From the NCBI GenBank assembly GCA_002269645.1, contig NIVC01002847.1, forward strand, positions 62,001-126,000: DNA of 64,000 nt. The letters are read 5' to 3'. Origin of the DNA: Macrostomum lignano (taxonomy: Eukaryota). The notes under the pieces were generated by a model. The model did not search any database and was not told where the DNA came from. It saw only the letters and a program-made list of their open reading frames with translations. Shown in pieces: positions 59,311 to 64,000 of the stretch. A program made the translations under genes and the position numbers. The first letter of the stretch is position 1; every line of letters starts with the position of its first letter.

Positions 59311-60519
59311 CTAGGCAGCTCATTTTACATTTGCCACGGGCAACTTGCTGCTTGCTGAGAGCCAACGGAACTTCATTCTGACATGTCAGCGGCAAGGAAA
59401 AACAACATCAGTGACTGGATAGCCAGAGACAATTTAAATTTACAGATCGTTTTATAAAACCCATGCGTTTGTTGCTTCAAGCGTGGAAACTTTACAACAC
59501 CCCTCGTACTAAACATGATGTAGAACACAGAACACTAATAATCTTCTACTGCATTGAATGCTACGAAGTTTAACAAACCTATGACTCTTCTCTTTTTTGT
59601 CAATCAGTTTTTCTACATACAGACTTTATATCCTGCGTATTTTTGAGCTCTTCACTTCTTTCAATTCAGTTCGCCCGCAATCGGGTTGAATGTACTTGTA
59701 AAAATTAGAATTGCAAATTTTAATTTATCTTTTTCTTGTTTGCCGACAACAGCTCCGCTTTTGCATTTGTGTGTGCGCCCTGTCCTCGATTGAATAAAAT
59801 GAGCTTCAGTGTCAGTTAAATCAGTTAATCTTTAAGCACGCCTCTCTTGCCTAGCATTAGCCGTATATTAGACTTCCTACTCTCTGATCTGATCACCTTC
59901 AGGATCATCAGGTAAGTTGAAGCATGTAATTTACTGAGAATTATCTTGCTTTCTTTATTCCTTTCTCTCCAAATCGTTTAGCTTTGATTGAGTTCTTTGC
60001 CCATCTGAGCAATTCTCATTGAATCTGTTCTATCTAAGCAATTCTACCTGACGTGCTAGAGTTCTTGTCTTTCTGGTTAATTCTACCTGAATTTTATGAG
60101 TTCTTGTCTATCTAAGCAAGCAATTCTACCTGACGTCCTTGAGGTCTTGTCTATCTCCAAAACCTGCATGGTTTCTCAGACAGCCGGGTCAAACAGACAC
60201 AAGTTTAAAGTCCAAGATAGGTCTTAGGGCTGTACAATGCATTCGTACTTCCCCGTCTTTGAAATCTGAGGTCACACCGGCGTGCCCGCGTCTCTCTCTC
60301 CTGTCCAGTAACTGGGGCACGCGCCCCATGAAGTCAGCCGCTGTCCAAAAAATGGTTCGGATTTATGAATGTGAAAAATAGCGCAGGATGCTCGAGTTGC
60401 TTGATATGAAAAATTATTTAAACTACAAAAATGCGAGTTAAAAAAGTATGATTTTAAATAAGAACGATTGATGTAGTGTCTCATTTGATATTCCGTCTCT
60501 GATTCACGAGATCAAGTGT

Positions 60520-62100
60520 CGCGTTATCTCATTTCACATCTGAGTCCTCAATTCACATCTGAGTCTAGTGAGATGAAGTGTCTCATTTCACATTTGAGTC
60601 TAGTGAGATGAATTGTCTCATTTCACATCTGAGTCTTGTGAGATGAATTGTCTCATTTCGCAACTCAGTCTAGTGAGATGAAGTGTCTCATTTCACATCT
60701 CGGTCTAGTGAGATGAAGTGTCTCATTTCACATCTCGGTCTAGTGAGATGAAGTGTCTCATTTCACATCTCGGTCTAGTGAGATGAAGTGTCTCATTTCA
60801 CATCTCGGTCTAGTGAGATGAAGTGTCTCATTTCACATCTGAGTCTAGTGAGATGAAGTGTCTCATTTCACATCTCGGTCTAGTGAGATGAAGTGTCTCA
60901 TTTCACATCTCGGTCTAGTGAGATGAAGTGTCTCATTTCACATCTCGGTCTAGTGAGATGAAGTGTCTCATTTCACATCTGAGTCTAGTGAGATGAAGTG
61001 TCTCATTTCACATCTCGGTCTAGTGAGATGAAGTGTCTCATTTCACATCTGAGTCTAGTGAGATGAAGTGTCTCATTTCACATCTCGGTCTAGTGAGATG
61101 AAGTGTCTCATTTCACATCTCGGTCTAGTGAGATGAAGTGTCTCATTTCACATCTGAGTCTAGTGAGATGAAGTGTCTCATTTCACATCTCGGTCTAGTG
61201 AGATGAAGTGTCTCATTTCACATCTTAGTCTAGTGAGATGAAGTGTCTCATTTCACATCTGAGTCTAGTGAGATGAAGTGTCTCATTTCATATCTCGGTC
61301 TAGTGAGATGAATTGTCTCATTTCACATCTCGGTCTAGTGAGATGAAGTGTCTCATTTCATATCTCGGTCTAGTGAGATGAAGTGTCTCATTTCATATCT
61401 CGGTCTAGTGAGATGAAGTGTCTCATTTCACATCTGAGTCTAGTGAGATGAAGTGTCTCATTTCACATCTGAGTCTAGTGAGATGAAGTGTCTCATTTCA
61501 CATCTCGGTCTAGTGAGATGAAGTGTCTCATTTCACATCTGAGTCTAGTGAGATGAAGTGTCTCATTTCACATCTCGGTCTAGTGAGATGAAGTGTCTCA
61601 TTTCACATCTCGGTCTAGTGAGATGAAGTGTCTCATTTCACATCTGAGTCTAGTGAGATGAATTGTCTCATTTCACATCTCGGTCTAGTGAGATGAAGTG
61701 TCTCATTTCACATCTTAGTCTAGTGAGATGAAGTGTCTCATTTCACATCTGAGTCTAGTGAGATGAAGTGTCTCATTTCACATCTGAGTCTAGTGAGATG
61801 AAGTGTCTCATTTCACATCTTAGTCTAGTGAGATGAAGTGTCTCATTTCACATCTGAGTCTAGTGAGATGAAGTGTCTCATTTCATATCTCGGTCTAGTG
61901 AGATGAAGTGTCTCATTTCATATCTCGGTCTAGTGAGATGAAGTGTCTCATTTCACATCTGAGTCTAGTGAGATGAAGTGTCTCATTTCACATCTCGGTC
62001 TAGTGAGATGAAGTGTCTCATTTCATATCTCGGTCTAGTGAGATGAAGTGTCTCATTTCATATCTTAGTCTAGTGAGATTACTCGTCTCATTTTGACATC
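60520..62100. repeat. 35-bp minisatellite (CTAGTGAGATGAAGTGTCTCATTTCACATCT[GA/CG/TA]GT)n, about 44 copies
   Basis: 35-nt period read directly; no unique spacers. Confidence 0.97.
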
Positions 62101-64000
62101 TGAGTTGCAGTATAAATGACTTGTCTTAAAATATTTAATAATAGCAAATTTCGTTGCTCTATTCAGGCTGCCATGGTTTTGGCATATAATTCTTTCCACT
62201 TTTTGGCAAGTTTATTATACAGCAGTTTTCGCTCTAAGTTCCCCTATGAATTGCGCAGTTGGATTTTAATAAGGCCAGGCCATACGGGTCCGTTGGCCTT
62301 GTTAGAGTATATAAGTAATATGCATGGGAGCTGACTCGCTGGGAAAGTACTTTATGTATAGTTTATTGCGATAAATACACGCCAGGGGGGCTTTTTTAAA
62401 CAATCGTGAAAACAGGGCCGGCTGCTGTGTAGGATATTTTTCTTGATGTCTTCATTATTGGACAAATTTTGTACAAAGATCTGGTGTTCATCTTTTGCCA
62501 ATACATGAGTCATAATTTGTGTGGCATCGGAAGTTACTTTAATTCATTTCTTTCGTATTGACTTAAGATTATTCGAATAATTTATTCAGCCTTTCAGTGA
62601 GACCATGAGATAATTGGTTAAGCAAACAATAGTAGCTTGATTTCCAATCCGTGATTCTAGTTTCCTGGGTCTCCTTAAGAGGCAGCGAGTCGATAGTGGC
62701 CCAATTATCGACAATAGTAATCCAAACTTTATTTGGATAGCTCCGTTTTTTCAGCTTGAAAACTTTTTTGTTGTTGATTTTTTTAATATGCGCGTGTTTT
62801 TATTTTTAGAGTCCCGCTCGCTTTCCTTATAAAAGTACAAATCCTTGCGCGTCTTGTTTATTAGCCGTGAGGGGAGAGGAGACGCTGCAATTGGAATTGC
62901 AGGCTAGGGGCAGACATGACAATAAAGGAGGTAAATAATTACTTCGGCATTAAGGGGAAGTCCGGAAAGTGTCTGAGCACTGCGGTTATTAACGTTGTGC
63001 TCAAAATTCCTTAGACTTTTAGCATTTTTGTGCGTCTGGTACTCTGGTTGAGGCTTTTTAAAATATTGCAGTTTTAATAAATAGCTTGCGGACGACGAGC
63101 TCGTTAGTTTTAAACTATGAGACTAGCTTTTTTAGCTTAGCTAATTAGTCACTCACATGTAACTTGCTTCCTTAATACGAGAATATTTTGCTTTTAAAAT
63201 ACCTGTTTCATATATATATATATGTATACTTGTATGTATTGAAGTTTGTTCTTGTAAGTATTCGTAGACACAAACTAGTGAAAAAAGCATTGAGGAAGTA
63301 AAACTAACAAAATTATTAAGAAATCGAGAAAATGTAACTCTTTTTGTGAATTGCTAGGAGCTCGATGGGTCTTAGTAAGCTACTGTTGCACATCGACACG
63401 ATACGGGTAGATTAATTACGAGACACGCTCGTACTAAGGCAGTTTGTTACTAAGTCCAAATGCTTTATTAAGCATTGAGTAATAGTTGAAAAATTATTTT
63501 GCTAAAAAGCTGTCCTTTTAAGTTACATGAATGTTTGACACCCATTAATTACTTGTACAAACTCGGACGCCAACCCTGAATGCATACTTTTATTCTAATT
63601 CGCATAACGCGCACACACATTTTTGCTTGGGGTTGATAAAACAAACCAGTTAAACAGTAAAAATGATTAAAATTTGAAAATTACTTTTTAAAATTTTGAG
63701 TATTTAAGGTTGGAAATTACCAATGCTATGAACATCCATTTGGCTTGTTATATATAAATTTCAAAAAAGACGACAGCAGCACTATTTTATTTACAAAAGC
63801 TTCATTGCATTGGCAAATCTATCTAAATTCAATGCACTCGGCCCTACTGCCTATACTGCCTAACTTATGTTCTACTATAGCTTTTTGCAGCCCATTTGGG
63901 CCTACGTGCATTGAAGTTAATCCAAGATAGATTTGCCAATGCAGTGAAGCTTTTGTCTATGGTAGCAAGGCTGGCACAGCGGCATTCAATTTGATCCAAC

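Noticed and set aside
55962-59395. Periodic ORFs in the 23- and 30-bp arrays
   Set aside because: Stop-free frames of tandem repeats, without unique coding flanks
60520-62100. CRISPR-like appearance (35-bp partly palindromic repeat)
   Set aside because: Units are head-to-tail with no unique spacers, no cas genes, and the context is eukaryotic

Overview
Eukaryotic (animal, most likely invertebrate) genomic DNA: spliceosomal GT-AG introns, a tRNA/CORE-type SINE, animal-type transposons and dense minisatellites. There is no prokaryotic operon or CRISPR structure. 0-19.6 kb is a tandem segmental triplication of an intronless GT13 (GnT-I/MGAT1-like) glycosyltransferase. The three catalytic cores are nearly identical, but each carries its own luminal Lys-rich hexapeptide-repeat tail. 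The spacers hold different insertions: a mariner with TIRs, an internally deleted Crypton-like tyrosine-recombinase element, an RNase H-bearing LINE fragment, and an intron-containing Ginger1/GIN1-like integrase element with a complete Mag-type LTR retrotransposon nested inside. 21.8-23.3 kb is an intronless divergent POT/SLC15-like transporter that appears to lack the ExxER motif. 24-38 kb holds a CORE-SINE, a 5'-truncated RTE LINE and a full-length Gypsy element with a textbook -1 frameshift signal. 38-62 kb is Helitron-like elements, a GA-rich tract and many unrelated 18-35 bp minisatellites, plus one probable first coding exon (53.66 kb). CpG-biased decay in LTRs, SINE and transposase points to DNA methylation. 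All alignments and counts were done by eye; no searches were run.
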